Under the pieces are notes generated by a model, which was not told where the DNA came from, made no database searches, and was given only the letters and a program-made list of their open reading frames with translations. Both the position numbers and the translations under genes were made by a program. A stretch of DNA of 64,000 nt. It comes from Octopus sinensis (lineage: Eukaryota). The stretch spans positions 74,090,001-74,154,000 of the forward strand of contig NC_043003.1 in NCBI RefSeq assembly GCF_006345805.1, given 5' to 3'. This document shows, piece by piece, positions 1 through 13,804 of this stretch (its first letter is position 1; every line of letters starts with the position of its first letter).

Positions 1-466
1 ACATTCAACACGTCTGCACCGTTGTTAGCACCATCCTTTTTTATTTCATCATAATTACAAATAACCAAAAGTTTTTACACCACGGACATTTTTCACTTCA
101 TTAGATTCATTACCAATATTTTCAAGGAAACTAAATCCATAGTGAAAATTGACTAATCATAAGACAAGCATATTAATAATCGTAATCACAATAATTTATT
201 AATAATATTATAGTTGGAAAAAGCGCTAGCTCGCTGGAGGAAGTCCTTAGCTATTTTTTTGTATGTTATGTCTATTTGTTAGTCTTGGTGTATTTCTCTG
301 AATATTTCCTTTTATCATACCTAATTCGCCTACTATGATAATAAGTATTTCAGTGATATTGTGCAACAAACAAGAAATTATAAAATGGAATTGGAAAATG
401 GAAGTGAAAGATATTTAGAGCTAATTATGCCTGAGACAGATTCAGCTTCGATCGGTAGAGAAATAA

Positions 467-467
467 A

Positions 468-539
<72 letters not shown>

Positions 540-607
540 TAATAATAATAATAATAATAACAACAACAATAATAATAATAATGATAATTACAATTATAAT
601 AATAACA
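467..607. repeat. (AAT)n microsatellite
   Basis: Direct trinucleotide run; it explains the poly-L/Y/I ORFs here. Confidence 0.95.
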
Positions 608-764
608 ATACTGAAGTATTACATTATATATATATTAATTATATCTATCTTTTGGTCGGTGTTGAATCGCAATATATGTTTACATAAATTAGGTCTCGAT
701 ATATATGTGTATGAGTGTTTGTGTGTGTGTGTGTGTATGTATATATATAAAGAGAATTTACGAA

Positions 765-850
765 AAAGCAAAAGACGAACACGGGTGTATAAACAACTAA
801 TATATTAGTTTAACGCTCGGGAATTGAGAAAGTCTTACGTTTCGAGCATA
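765..850 (-). mobile_element. PLE-terminal-like short repeat (family E), partial, with only the 3' half of a minimal hammerhead
   Basis: Aligns by eye with 44925-45065 and with the reverse complement of 39960-40148. The minus strand reads gctc-GAAA-CG-TA-agac; the CTGANGA half is missing. Confidence 0.55.
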
Positions 851-902
851 TGTGCTGGTGAGGTGTGTGCTTTATTTATCATTATCAACATTGTTATTAT
901 TC

Positions 903-1255
903 ACAATGGCTCAGTGGTTAGGGCAGCGGACTAGCGGTCGTAGGATCGCGGTTTCGATTCCCAGACCGGGCGTTGTGAGTGTTTATTGAGCGAAAACACC
1001 TAAAAGATCCACGAGGCCTCCTGCTGTACTCTTTCACCACAACTTTCTCTCACTCTTACTTCCTGTTTCTGTTGTACCTGTATTTCAAAGGGCCGGCCTT
1101 GTCACTCTCTGTGTCACGCTGAATATCCCCGAGAACTACGTTAAGGGTAAACGTGTCTGTGGAGTGCTCAGCCACTTACACGTTAATTTCACGAGCAGGC
1201 TGTTCCGTTGATCGGATCAACCGGAACCCTCGTCGTCATAACCGACGGAGTGCTT
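903..1255 (+). mobile_element. tRNA-derived SINE (family A)
   Basis: A-box TGGCTCAGTGG and B-box-like GGTTTCGATTCC; the body is shared with 27921-28219 and 54929-55310. Confidence 0.85.
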
Positions 1256-1263
1256 CCAATCCA

Positions 1264-1352
1264 TTATTCACTAGTCTTTTTTTATCACGTGGTTTAACTT
1301 CCCTACCGAGCGCAGCTGTGTGTGCCTTGTGTATGTGCTTTGGTTTGTGATG
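1264..1352 (-). mobile_element. 3' UTR fragment of an R4/Dong-like non-LTR element
   Basis: Matches the 3' UTR that follows the RLE-coding ends at 35240-35340 and 42628-42730 (ctaccgagcgcagct.tgtg.gcctt). Confidence 0.7.
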
Positions 1353-1405
<53 letters not shown>

Positions 1406-1524
1406 CAATTTAGGAGTGACCTTAACAGGCCATTCGTCCACCAGAAAGAGCAGCCATAACTCACACCGCCAATTAGTAGTAATTCAGAAATTAGGTGAAA
1501 ATTTAAAAACATTTACCCTAATTC

Positions 1525-1628
1525 ATCTTTTAGACGATGCATCGTTTCTGTGTTATTAATGATTAAATTAGCTTAATTAAATTAAATTAAGCTAATCTAC
1601 CATAGGTCACACTTCATCAGTAAAAAAC
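1525..1628 (-). ncRNA. Candidate type I hammerhead ribozyme
   Basis: Reverse-complement copy of the 2199-2302 motif: CTGATGA at 1620-1614, GAAA at 1548-1545, GTC at 1535-1533. Confidence 0.65.
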
Positions 1629-2198
1629 CTGGGAGAGACAAATATACACGAGGCGTCTGTATCGATGCCTCCGGAATATCTGTCTTAAAATTTTCAAGAC
1701 CGACGTATTCGCGCCAAACTTATCAGCAGTAAATATAAACTGCCGATTCAATCTCAGAATTATTCAGAAAATTATCAATTAGTCAATTTAGGGTAGCAAA
1801 AAATTCAATAGAAATTTATCACTACCAGCGGCCTAGTGGAAAAGAGAAAATAGTCAAAGACTAAATATATAAATATAACAATTTAGGAGTGACCTTAACA
1901 GGCCATTCGTCCACCAGAAAGAGCAGCCATAACTCACACCGCCAAGTAGTAGTAATTCAGAAATTAGGTGAAAATTTAAAAGCATTTACCCTAATTCATC
2001 TTTTAGACGATGCATCGTTTCTGTGTTATTAATGATTAAATTAGCTTAATTAAATTAAATTAAGCTAATCTACTGATTATATTTACTGATATATTTACTG
2101 CTGATAAGTTTGGCGCGAATACGTCGGTCTTGAAAATTTTAAGACAGATATTCCGGAGGCATCGATACAGACGCCTCGTGTATATATGTCTCTCCCAG

Positions 2199-2302
2199 GT
2201 TTTTTACTGATGAAGTGTGACCTATGGTAGATTAGCTTAATTTAATTTAATTAAGCTAATTTAATCATTAATAACACAGAAACGATGCATCGTCTAAAAG
2301 AT
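2199..2302 (+). ncRNA. Candidate type I hammerhead ribozyme with palindromic stem III and long stem II
   Basis: Stem I 2199-2206 pairs with 2295-2302 (8 bp, 2 G.U). CTGATGA 2207-2213. GTGT/ACAC stem II encloses a 12-bp hairpin. GAAA 2279-2282, C-GATGCATC-G stem III, GTC 2292-2294. Caveat: A.A mismatch at the stem II closing position. Confidence 0.65.
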
Positions 2303-2523
2303 GAATTAGGGTAAATGTTTTTAAATTTTCACCTAATTTCTGAATTACTACTACTTGGCGGTGTGAGTTATGGCTGCTCTTTCTGGTGGACGAATGGCCT
2401 GTTAAGGTCACTCCTAAATTGTTATATTTATATATTTAGTCTTTGACTATTTTCTCTTTTCCACTAGGCCGCTGGATGGTAGCGATAAATTTCTATTGAA
2501 TTGTTTGCTACCCTAAATTGACT

Positions 2524-2798
<275 letters not shown>

Positions 2799-3574
2799 AA
2801 ACGGAGATAATGTAGATAGATAGATAAATAACTTGTTAGATAAATAGACAGACAGAGAAAAAAAAAGAAAGAGACAGAGGGAATGAGAATGAGACGGAGA
2901 AATGGTAAATTATTAAACACTTCATTTCGTAGACCATCTGTGATTAACTCTAACTAATTACAAATTTCGTTTACGCGTTATAGTCAATAAAAACAATACC
3001 ATATAAATACTACTTGATATTTCATCCATATAAGAAGCTAGTTAGAAGAGGTGAACTTCTAAATATAGATATATATATTTACGCGACAAAGCTGTAAATT
3101 AAACTTTAGACGCACAGCTTATCGTGATCAGGGACTGAAACTTTCGTAGTGCTAAATTTTTAATAAAATATATATGTATGTGCACATATTCGTGTATGTA
3201 GAGGGAGAGAATGTGTGTCTGTGTCTGTGTGTGTTTCTGTGTTCGTGCGTGTGTGCGTGTCTATGTGAACCTGTGCAATTATGTGTGCGTGTGTGTTTGG
3301 TAGTGTGTATGCTAATGTGTAATTATATTACTCATATAATTCCTGATGCATTTAAAAATCATACCAAATACACAAATAACCTTTTAGTTTGGTAGGATAT
3401 CTTAAGTAGAAAGGAAAACCGGTAATTTATGTACAAAAATGTTTGTTTAAATACTTCTGTTGCTGGGTGATATTTAATTGTGCGTTCGATTGATAACGTT
3501 ATAAACAAACTTAATAAGATTCTTCTATTTGATGTATATGAGTATACATACATATATATATGTATGCATGTATA

Positions 3575-3671
<97 letters not shown>

Positions 3672-3835
3672 CGTGCGTATATTTAAACGAGCTTATAAAG
3701 AGAAAGAAATATGTACGCGTGAGAGCACGTATCTATATGCGTACGAATACACACATATGTGTGTGTATGTATATGTGTGTGTCTGATATATATATATTAA
3801 TATAAAGAGAGAGAGAGAGGGGAAGAGAGATTTTT

Positions 3836-3852
3836 CTATCTATCTATCTATA

Positions 3853-3927
<75 letters not shown>

Positions 3928-4068
3928 TTATCTATATAGCTACCTATCAATCAATCTATCTATCTATATATCTATCTATCTAGCTATCTATCTTTCTTTC
4001 TATATATCTCTCTCTTTCTCTCCTCTCTCTTTCTCTCTCTTTCTCTCTTTCTCGCTCTCTCTCTTTCC

Positions 4069-4103
<35 letters not shown>

Positions 4104-4125
4104 TCTCACTCTCTCTCTATATATA
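3836..4125. repeat. Compound (TATC)n / (CT)n microsatellite
   Basis: Direct observation. Confidence 0.9.
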
Positions 4126-4492
4126 TATGCACGCGCGCATGTGGATGCTAAGTTAGAGCCTATGTTCTTACCAGTTGCTTCTCGTTTCACTCTTTGTAGG
4201 CTATTCATGTAAAATTACACTTGACATGATAGCATCGACGTCTAATCAACTGAAAGTCTACATCAGACGTACATTCTTGTATTTGCTGTACAGTGTAGCT
4301 CAGTGATTTATGTCAGGGCCTAAACATAGCATGCTTACATGTAAGCGCGAGTATAAATTTTCTCACATTTATGTGAGTAAGTTTACATGCACATCCATTA
4401 TGCGTATTTACAATTCGATTCTATTTTTATTAATGCGTAAATGTACACACACAAACACACACACATACACACACACACACCACACACACACA

Positions 4493-4549
<57 letters not shown>

Positions 4550-5449
4550 ATATATATATATATATTATATATATATATATACATATATGCATACATACAT
4601 ACATACACACACATATAGATGCGCATATACCGAAATATCAATGTATATTTGTGTATATCCTCGTATATCCTGTATTCCTGTACCGACAAGATTATCGGAT
4701 GTTGTTATAATGAGCTCCCAGTTCTTACTTGATTGTGTCCTTTTCTCTCATAATTTAACTTTATTACATAAATCAACTACGCACCGTCGATGTCGTCTTC
4801 CTACGCTATCCTTTCGATAGTTTGGAGACCATGCGGTAACTACCTCTGTGCACCTATTGCCCGTGAACCTTGCGAGTGTGTAACCCTAAATAAAATGGAT
4901 ACTGAATTATTGAGGATGATATGATCACGATTGAATGCATTTATAACGAAACATTTGCGCTTAAACCGTAGTTTGATGAGACGCTTTATTCCATTCTCCT
5001 GTAATTCTGTTCCTTAGTAATGGATTTTTAATAAATATAAAGACTTTTAATAACGAAAATACAAAAATCTTGTAAAGCATTGTTTTTCATCATTTTAAAG
5101 AACACATTTAAAAGATACATAGTCTTGATCGCGGAAAAAAGTATTTTATGTGTTGGAACGAATAAAAAAAGTGCTCTATAAAAATGTAAACATCAGTGGT
5201 TTCTTAACTGAGATATTTTTCATCAAAATATAGTTAGTCACAAAACCTATGAATGCATGTCCCTCCTTGATGTATTGTGTTATATATAAAATATCCAGGA
5301 CTGAAATGAATCACGTACTTAAATAGTGAATGCACCAAGACGACGTCAGTTATGATGTAAACATGTGCAGACACTGTATAAAGACAAAAACGTACTAACT
5401 ACAGTAAACACAGATTTGTATTCCAGTTATTCACACATTCATAAATAGT

Positions 5450-6650
5450 TGATTGAATATACAACGAGTCATCAAGGTTGCACATGGATTGACACACTGC
5501 AACTATTGCACCGCTGTCCACAGACTGTACATACAAAGCTGCGTAGCTTGCTTTGTGTGGAACATTCTATGTTTGGGAGAGCAATGGAATGCTCCGAAGA
5601 GTTTCATCTCTGAATTTTCTGTAATGCTAATGGAAGGTTTGTCGCACATTAAGAGCAGACAATCTCGCAGATGGCTGACTTTGCCACGAAACACGGTTGG
5701 TTATATGTTATAGGGATGTTGTATCTTGTTCAGTCCTCCCATATTGTTGTATCAAGGAAGGATAGATGTGACTTACTTTCAGAATACATCGTGTGAAGAC
5801 ACGTAAAAGTGCGTGATGCAGGAGGAACTGGAAGGGAGGGAAACAGTCCAGCAGGTAGGGTAGTGCCTGAAGCACAAAATGCTCCTTGGGAACGTGACAC
5901 AGGGATTTGAGAGAACTATCATAAAAATACGGCAAGCAGAGATGGGTGGCAGCGACTTGTGTAGCTGGGGTGCGTTCATCAGTGGGCGATATAGCAGAAA
6001 ACAGAGTGAATATTCTCTGAGAGTGGTGGATATTTTTGATGTTCTCCGTAGTACATAATTTCTTTGTGGAGTAATGAAAAGGCTCGCGTATACACAAGAC
6101 GTTAATCTAAGGTAGTAAATGAAGAAATCTATGACTGAAAACATGACAGGATCATCAACTACTTCGCGGCGGCAACAAGCATAGAGATGAGGTATTTCAG
6201 AAATGACCACACTAGCCAGTAAGATAGCATTTATTAAGAAATAATAGTGTTCAGTATATTATCTAAGAAGATCCCTGATGGTTTGTATCCAGTGCTACAA
6301 GACGGGATGACGCAAGATGACTTGCAAGTGCATATAAAATTCCATCACATATTATTCAGATCAGGTTGAGGCCAGATATAATCTTCATGCTAAATGATAA
6401 CTAATACTATCCGAGTTTGCTGTGACTTAGAATGAGGGGATGGAAGAGACGAAAGAGAGGAAGAGCGTGAAGTACGAGGAACTAGGTGAGAATTGCTACA
6501 AGAACTGGTGATGTAGGGGAAGTGGTTGGTCAACATATTAGAGGTTTCTCTCCGAGTGAGGCCAATAGAGCCATTTGCAATACTAGATTAAGCAAGCAAG
6601 AGCCATCAAGAATAGTTTAAGTGCAGTTGAACTACATTTTTGAAAGTACT
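5450..6650 (+). pseudogene. Decayed C-terminal part of a HERO/R2-like RLE non-LTR retrotransposon ORF
   Basis: Frameshifted motifs in the expected order: RRWLTLPR (cf. RKWLGLPR), DIFDVLRS (cf. YDVLPS), YD*KHD (cf. YxWRHD), LRPDII, and ERKSVKYEELGENC (cf. ERKxxKYxxLxxxC). Many stops. Confidence 0.65.
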
Positions 6651-7316
6651 AGAGGAAAAGAAGTGTGATCATTTGGATCAGTATCATACTACTTGGAGAC
6701 AAGCCTGCACCTGAAAACCATCGCTCCGGTTGTTTTGATGAATTCTCTATAACTCGAGATATCCACTGCCTCCAGGATAAAGAACTCATATGACCGAGTA
6801 TTGTGTGTAAGGACGTAGGCGGACGTATATACCAATGCATATATAAGTATCTGTGCATGTATATATGTGAGTTTGTGCGCGTGTGTGTACTACTAATTTA
6901 TAACAATAAATATTTTTTGACTTGTTTGGGTTCGATTATGCGCCTAGCTTTTATGTATGGTTAAGCGCAGAGGTACGTGTACAGTGTATCAGTACCTAAA
7001 CACATAATAGTGGATAACACAATACACATAAATTTATCTAGACAAAAGATAATATGATATGTGAGCTTACACTTAGTACACATGTGCATGTGTGTTCTTG
7101 CAATACATTTCATGAGCACAAATATATGTACATAAATTCGCCAGCAATGATTCTTCAAATACATATAGATTGCTTCAACATATGTACACAATAGGTTTTT
7201 CGAAGTGAGTTATATGTTCGCATGTGTCTATATATAAAAATACTAATTTATATATTCACCTACACAAAAACGCACAAACTTACACAACCAAGCATACATA
7301 CACACACACATACATA

Positions 7317-7348
<32 letters not shown>

Positions 7349-7387
7349 TTGTGTATATTTGTTTCTTTATATGTATGTATATATATA

Positions 7388-7429
<42 letters not shown>

Positions 7430-8491
7430 GTATATACATACATATAAAGAAACAAATATACTCACACACATTTTAGCATGCGCATTGCTGCAGCAAAGCT
7501 AGCTATTTTCCTAGCCAGAAAGCCTGTAATTGAGTTAAAAGGGAAGCGAATGTTCAGTGAGCCTGCAAGTTGAGTGCATCCATGCTGGAAATCTACTTTT
7601 ATTTACTTAGCTTCTAGCCATCCTCTCAGAAACAACTCAGCCACCGACATGTCAATATTGATTTTTATTGACAGCAATGATTCGGTTTATTTGCAAAATT
7701 GCTTCATATACTCTGATTTTGGCTACTCAACTTTTATAAATGTACTAGCTAGTCGTAGAAATAAATATATAAAATATTTGTCATACGATGTTTTTCACTT
7801 TATCTCTCTCACTTTATGTTTCCCTGTCTCCCTACCTCCCATTTTCCCGAGTATCTCCCATCCAAACACATACACAGACATATATCAACACACACACACA
7901 CACACACAGACACACACACACACAAACACACACACACATACACACGCACGTACGCACGCACACGTATATGAATGTAAATCTATATCTCACTCCAATCACT
8001 CATACATACATACACACACACATACATATATATATTTATATGAGTGTGTGTCTGACAGAGAAAGAAAATTTATAGATAGATAGGGAAGGAAGTAGAAATG
8101 AACGTATAAGGAAACAGAAATATTGCCATTCCACTTTAACATATGGAAGTCCTCTAAAGATCTATCATATATACGAGATGGCAAAAATGCACAAGACGTC
8201 ACTATTCCGTATCCTATGTATCTGAACATTTGCCATGAACGTACGCTTACCCACGTCCCATGATGCGAGTATCAAGTATATTAATCAAGATTTAAAGACC
8301 GCCTATTGTAACAAATTCCTTCACTAAACATTTTAAAATCATGAGTACATTATTTATTCTACCAAGTCGTTTTTGTCATGAAATACCCTACACAAGCTCA
8401 ACTTCAAAATTCTATTGGTAATGCTTTAGAGTCCGCGCATCTTTAGAGCCCTACACTATCATAATAGTAAATAGTAAACAAAACAGGGGTA

Positions 8492-8965
8492 TACGAGGTG
8501 CGTTCAGAAAATATCTGACTAAAAGAGATACTGTGTGGGCAAATCCCTTTGGTCAAACCATACCTGTGCGTGATTCAAAATCTTCACGCAGGTAATGCGG
8601 GTCATTTTTTTATAGTTATGCCCAAAATATACACGGGTATTGTACTTTCGTCGGATTTTCCGTTTCACGTCAGATGAACACATCAAGCAGAGATCATAAA
8701 TCCATATCTCATCACCAATGATGGTGATGTTCATGAAGACTGGGCTGTGGTTTGCACATTCCAGCATGTCCCGAGAGATTCCCATGCGGAGTTGCTTCTG
8801 TTGCTCCTCCAACAACATGAGGACGAATTTCGCAGATGCTCTCCGCATGGCTAAATAATCCATTAAAATGGAATGCATTGGTCCTGTTCTTATTCCTAAT
8901 TCGTGAGGATTTTCCTGCTTTGTCACACGATGGTCTTCCATGACATACCCTCCTACTATTTTCAC
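8492..8965 (-). mobile_element. Mariner transposase relic (N-terminal HTH to first catalytic D), internally deleted, with one TIR
   Basis: ORF 8519..8965 reads ELGIRTG..HSILMDYLAMRRASAKFV...IIGDEIWIY (mariner ITGDETW). The end TA-CGAGGTGCGTTCAGAAAATATC resembles the TIR near 28920-28950. Confidence 0.8.
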
Positions 8966-10380
8966 TTGCTATGAAACTTAAAATCAAAGATAGAGTAGAA
9001 GGATTCACCGAACGAAGAGCTTTTGTAACCTTCAAAGACCAAAAGACATTTTTAAGGAAAACCTTTAATTGTAGATAGATAAATACTTGAAAAAGTGAAA
9101 TAAGTATTATTAGTATATCTATATTAGACAACATCATAGGATGTTTACTCAATGAATAATTAGCAATGCGATGATTGAAAAGATTAATAAGATTGAAGAT
9201 AACTCCAAATGCATATTATCCAGCTATAGATTCTGGAGTTTTAAACTCTCTATCTCCAAAAACCTGCGCCAATAGGCACTTTGAATTTAGTAAAGCGTAT
9301 ATAACCGATACTAATACCAATGTACATATAATGGATGCTAGAAAGCCATTACTTTTCCACGATAATTTCATCGCGACATCAGATAGCTCATCCGCAATAG
9401 CAACAAAATAAGGATGGTCGATTTGATGTCGCGATGGTTAGGTGTGATGTTGCATAGAGAGCGAATTTAGTTGGGTTTTATTTTCTAGATGTCCTTAAAA
9501 AGCGATAAATGAGACTGACATTAGGCTATACAAGGAAAACGGCCTCGGAGTGGTACACAACTTGGGTTAGATAAGAAAAAATATACAAAATATTTAACAA
9601 ATCTAAGGACTATAATTAACACTAATCTTAAAAACTTAATTTCGTAGATACTAACATGATCCTTAATAGAGGCTAGTTTAAAACTTAACATAAATGAAAT
9701 GAGGATACGGCATACATTGACCGTCAATATATCTTCCGATAAAATCGCCTTCGAAACGGCTACCCATACAACAATGCCGCAATAGGGTGTAGCATAAAAT
9801 ATATTTACCCAAATATAAATAGACACAAGAAGGTGTTAGCAGAGGACACTCTTATGGTACATTCCTCTTTGTAGTTGAACATAGCCATTAACATAACAAT
9901 AACATTTCTAAAACTAATACATAACCACTTCTGTCACCGACATAAATACTATAAGATCTTCAACAGACATACGGTTAAAGGTAGATATAGTAGCCTCCCC
10001 AATATAAGGTCGATTATATTCAATCACAATAAAAACAACACTATTAGGAATACACACCAAAGGATATTATAATTTTAGATTCCCAGATAGCTGTCCTGTG
10101 AACGGCAAGTACCTGGAGAAAAATCGGTGTACAAGGCCAATATCATCGGAATGACGGGGAACACCTTCAAAGAAATATATACGCAGTATTTGCCTTAGTT
10201 CAGAGGCAAAACAAAAATACAAAAAAACATATCTTATGGATACTGAAACAGAGAGGCGTGAGAAACCCCCAAATACCCTGAAACATCCTTACTAGGGTGA
10301 GCTCGAACATGGGACAAGGCCCAAAAAACGAGCTTCGCATCAATTAATATTTAAGCATTATTACATTAAAAGGGAATCTT
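8966..10380 (+). pseudogene. Decayed Penelope-like element, RT + GIY-YIG (YRDDG-type lineage)
   Basis: Frameshifted motifs: KLKIKDR..AFVTFKD, KSEISIISISILD, ARKPLLF, FDVAM...LVGFYFL, LYKENGL (degenerate YRDDGL), KYYKIFNRHTVK..YSSLPNI, SCPVNGK. Confidence 0.8.
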
Positions 10381-10706
10381 ATAATTCTGCTTCTCATTTC
10401 GTCATTTAGCACGTCGGTAACGCTTTCACGTAATCAAAGGAAAAAGAGGGAGACAGAAGAGAGGGAGAGAAAAAAGAGAGAGAAGCGTCCATAAAATGAG
10501 GTAGAGGGAATGTAATTGTAACGCTTTCATGTGATTAGTTGAAGAGAAAGCGAGGTAAAAGAAAAAGGAGAAAGAAAAAGAGGATAATGTGACAGATGAG
10601 ATAAAAAGTGAGAGAGAGAGAGAGAGAAGCGTCCATGACGTGCAATAGGGGGAACATAATAAGTTTAGCAAAGGGGTGATGTATTGATGGAAGGAAATCA
10701 CAGAGT

Positions 10707-10743
<37 letters not shown>

Positions 10744-11670
10744 GAGAGGAGGTAGTAAAAGAGGGGAAATAGAGGAGTGAGAGAGGGGGGAGAGATGATG
10801 ATGGTGGTGGAGACTGGATAGTGCAATTTGTTAAATTAAAAAAAAAATTGAAATAAGGTATTTTTAATATCACCTATCACGTAATGCATGCGTTTAAGTA
10901 CAATTCCATGAAATATTCACGCTTATTTACGTGGCAGATATATGTAACTAGAGGTTGTATCACACGTACTGGATACATTTTTTTATGCGGAAAATAGAAA
11001 ATACGAGTGAATATTTATTTTATGAGTGCTGCTTATTCAATCTATAAAATTGTACAGAAAGTAAGTCATATTATTCCAATGTCTTGCATGAGATTATTTC
11101 AATGAGTACCAGATGAGACAATATCTTTCCCTACAGACACACCACAGGCAACGCTTTTTCTCTTTTGATAAGGTTTTCAGAAATAACCCAATAAGCTTAC
11201 TAATAGTTCCGTTAAATAATCATGAAACCCTTCGTTCACAAGCAGTATTTCACGCTCCCAAATTTCAAACAGAACCCCGCCTACTTATTTTGCTACTCCT
11301 CCAACCTGCATTGATTTATTTCTCTAAACATCAATTATATTCATTATACACTGAGGAAAATATATTTAAGACCGATGATAACATTTTATTTTTACAAAAT
11401 ATTTTGTTACTAACACCATATAAATTATTTGTATCTTTTACACCTTATGCAGAATTTATTTCTCTTTCGAATAATGCAGACAATAACTATTTTTATACAA
11501 CTTGAAGAATTCTAATGCTAAATTAGTATAAAGTTTCAAATTTACCAGCAAAATTAGTTTAAGACTATATAATATGCATGCAAATTTTTTGCCACAATGG
11601 GTGGTCACACAACTAGCCTAACTGCACTATATAGTGTTATAATCTAAGGTTATTATACTATTGATTTATA

Positions 11671-12660
11671 ATGGGAAAACAACGTAGGTTCAGTCCAGTC
11701 ACAAGAGCAAACGTCGTATTACTCCACAAGAAAAAAGTTTCTTTTTCGAAAATCAGCAACCAACTAAAGTGCAGTAAAACTGCTTGCGTGCAAGCATGGA
11801 AGTTATACTCGGAGGCTGGTCAATATAAAGATCACAAAAGGAATGATGCCCCAAGAAAGACCGTCGAATCCACCAGCTTTCAGAAGGCAACCGGATGCTG
11901 ACAGCCGTTGACATTTCTAAACAATTGTCCAACGAGAACGGTGTTATTTTTACACCACAATCCGTCCGCAACCGTTTGAGAGAATTTGTACTACTTGGAG
12001 GAATCGCTAGGAAAAAGCCAATAATATCCGAAAGAAATTGACTCAAAAATCTTAATTTCGCAAAAAGCCATGCTCAATGGACTGCCGAAGATTGGTGCGG
12101 AACCCTTTGAAGTGACGAGTCACGCTTCTGTATATTTGGATCAGATGGTAAAACATACGCCAGACGTCGCCCAACCGAGGAATTCCATCCGAAATGCGTG
12201 AAAAAGATGGTGCAATGGGGTGGGTATGTGATGGTGTGGGCGGCATTTAATAGCTTGGTGTTAGCCTTCTAGTTGAAGCTGATGGAAAGCTAAATAGTGT
12301 AGGTTATATAAATCTACTAAAGGATAATGTTGTGCCATATTTGACTCACCAATTGCCTCGGGGGGGGGATTATGTGCAGGACTATAGTCCTGTGCACAAA
12401 GCCAAAAAGGTTATGGAATTTTTTGATCACCATAATATTGACGTAATCGTATGGCCTCCCCAAAGCATGGACCTGAATCCGATCAAGAACTTATGGAATT
12501 ATGTTTCAAAAAAGTACATGCTAAAAAACCATCTAATCTAAAACAATTATTCGATTATATCAATGAAATTTCGCAAAACATTCCCATAGAATTTTGTAAT
12601 CCCTTAGCGAATTCAATGCCGAGGCGTTGTCCAGCCGTATTAAGAATAAAGGCTACGGCA
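11671..12660 (+). pseudogene. Tc1-family (DD34E) transposase pseudogene
   Basis: Paired-like HTH (MGKQRRFSPVTRANVVLLH), ARKKP, WTAEDW, SDESRF, VMVWAAF, QDYSPVH, WPPQSMDLNPIKNLW (catalytic E replaced by K); stops and frameshifts. TIRs not confidently located. Confidence 0.9.
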
Positions 12661-12729
12661 CGAAATACTATGTATTTCGTACTTGTTGCTCATTTTTGCT
12701 ACAATCTTAAGCTATATATATATAAATAT

Positions 12730-13804
12730 ACACACAGTGTGGAGCAGAGAGGACGGAAATTTTTGAAATGGCTATTATTCAGCTTCAGGGTAGGGGCATA
12801 TGTCCAACAGGAACTATTCGGTCACTGATGTCTTCACAGCATTTTTTTCAGGTGATGCCATAGCGCTGTGGACGACAAATCCTCACGTTTTTCCCTACGT
12901 ACACAAGGTACATGAAAAGGACACTGGTGGGGGTCGCCACGAACTGTACGGACCACGGAAATATGTAACCCGTCAGACAACCTTTGTTACGGAGTATGAA
13001 TCGTTCTGGTCGGAGGCATTCCACTGAACTGAACACCGGTAATTGATCGGTAAGGCGTATTTTGCATGAAGACCTGCATTTCCACTGTACAAATTCGTCA
13101 TTGAGAAACATTTGAAACCATGGGAATATACTCAGCGGCTTAACTTCGTAGGTTAGATAAAAGCAGTTTATGAAGCAAATGACTCATTTTGTTAATAAGA
13201 GATGAAGCTTATATTCATTTCAATGGCATGGTGAATCAATATAACTGTGGTTATTGGAGCTCTTGAAAATCTGAGAAAACTGCAGTAAGAACGCTCTAGC
13301 GCACTGTGCGAAAAGCTACATTCATTGGTGGACATGCTGTTACCGTGAACGACGAGCGTTACATCAAGACCATAAACAACTTCTTTGTACCTGAATTACG
13401 ATGGAAACGTATGCCTATTCGACGTGTGTGGTTTCAGCAGAATGGGGCGACCCCCAAACAGCCAGAGCATCAATGGTCGCTCTTTACCTTCTCATCGGTG
13501 ACCGCCTCATTTCCAGGTTTGCTGATATTCCTTGCCACTCTCCCATTCGAGTCCCTGATTTGTCCATGTGTGATTATTTCTTGTGGGGAAATCTCAAGGA
13601 ACATGTGTATGCGCATATATTCCGTACATTGGGCGATTTGAAGGAAGATATTCACGAAGAAGTTGCCCAAATCAACAGAACAATGGTGGTGAGGACGGAG
13701 GCCGAATTCCAAGGACGCCTTCAGAAATGCACTAATGAAAAGGAACACCACATGACGGATGTTCTGTTCCACACTTGATTTTAACGAATGCTAAATCAAT
13801 ACCG

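Noticed and set aside
903-975. tRNA genes at SINE heads (also 27921, 34860, 54929, 59729, 63877)
   Set aside because: They have A/B boxes but no convincing cloverleaf, and they continue into repeat bodies, so they are SINE heads.
4225-4270. Minus-strand CTGATGT core
   Set aside because: No stem II followed by GAAA and an NUH site at a workable distance.
5708-6210. Minus-strand ORFs of 129 and 143 aa as a host gene
   Set aside because: They are antisense to a recognisable RLE retrotransposon relic and have no motif of their own.
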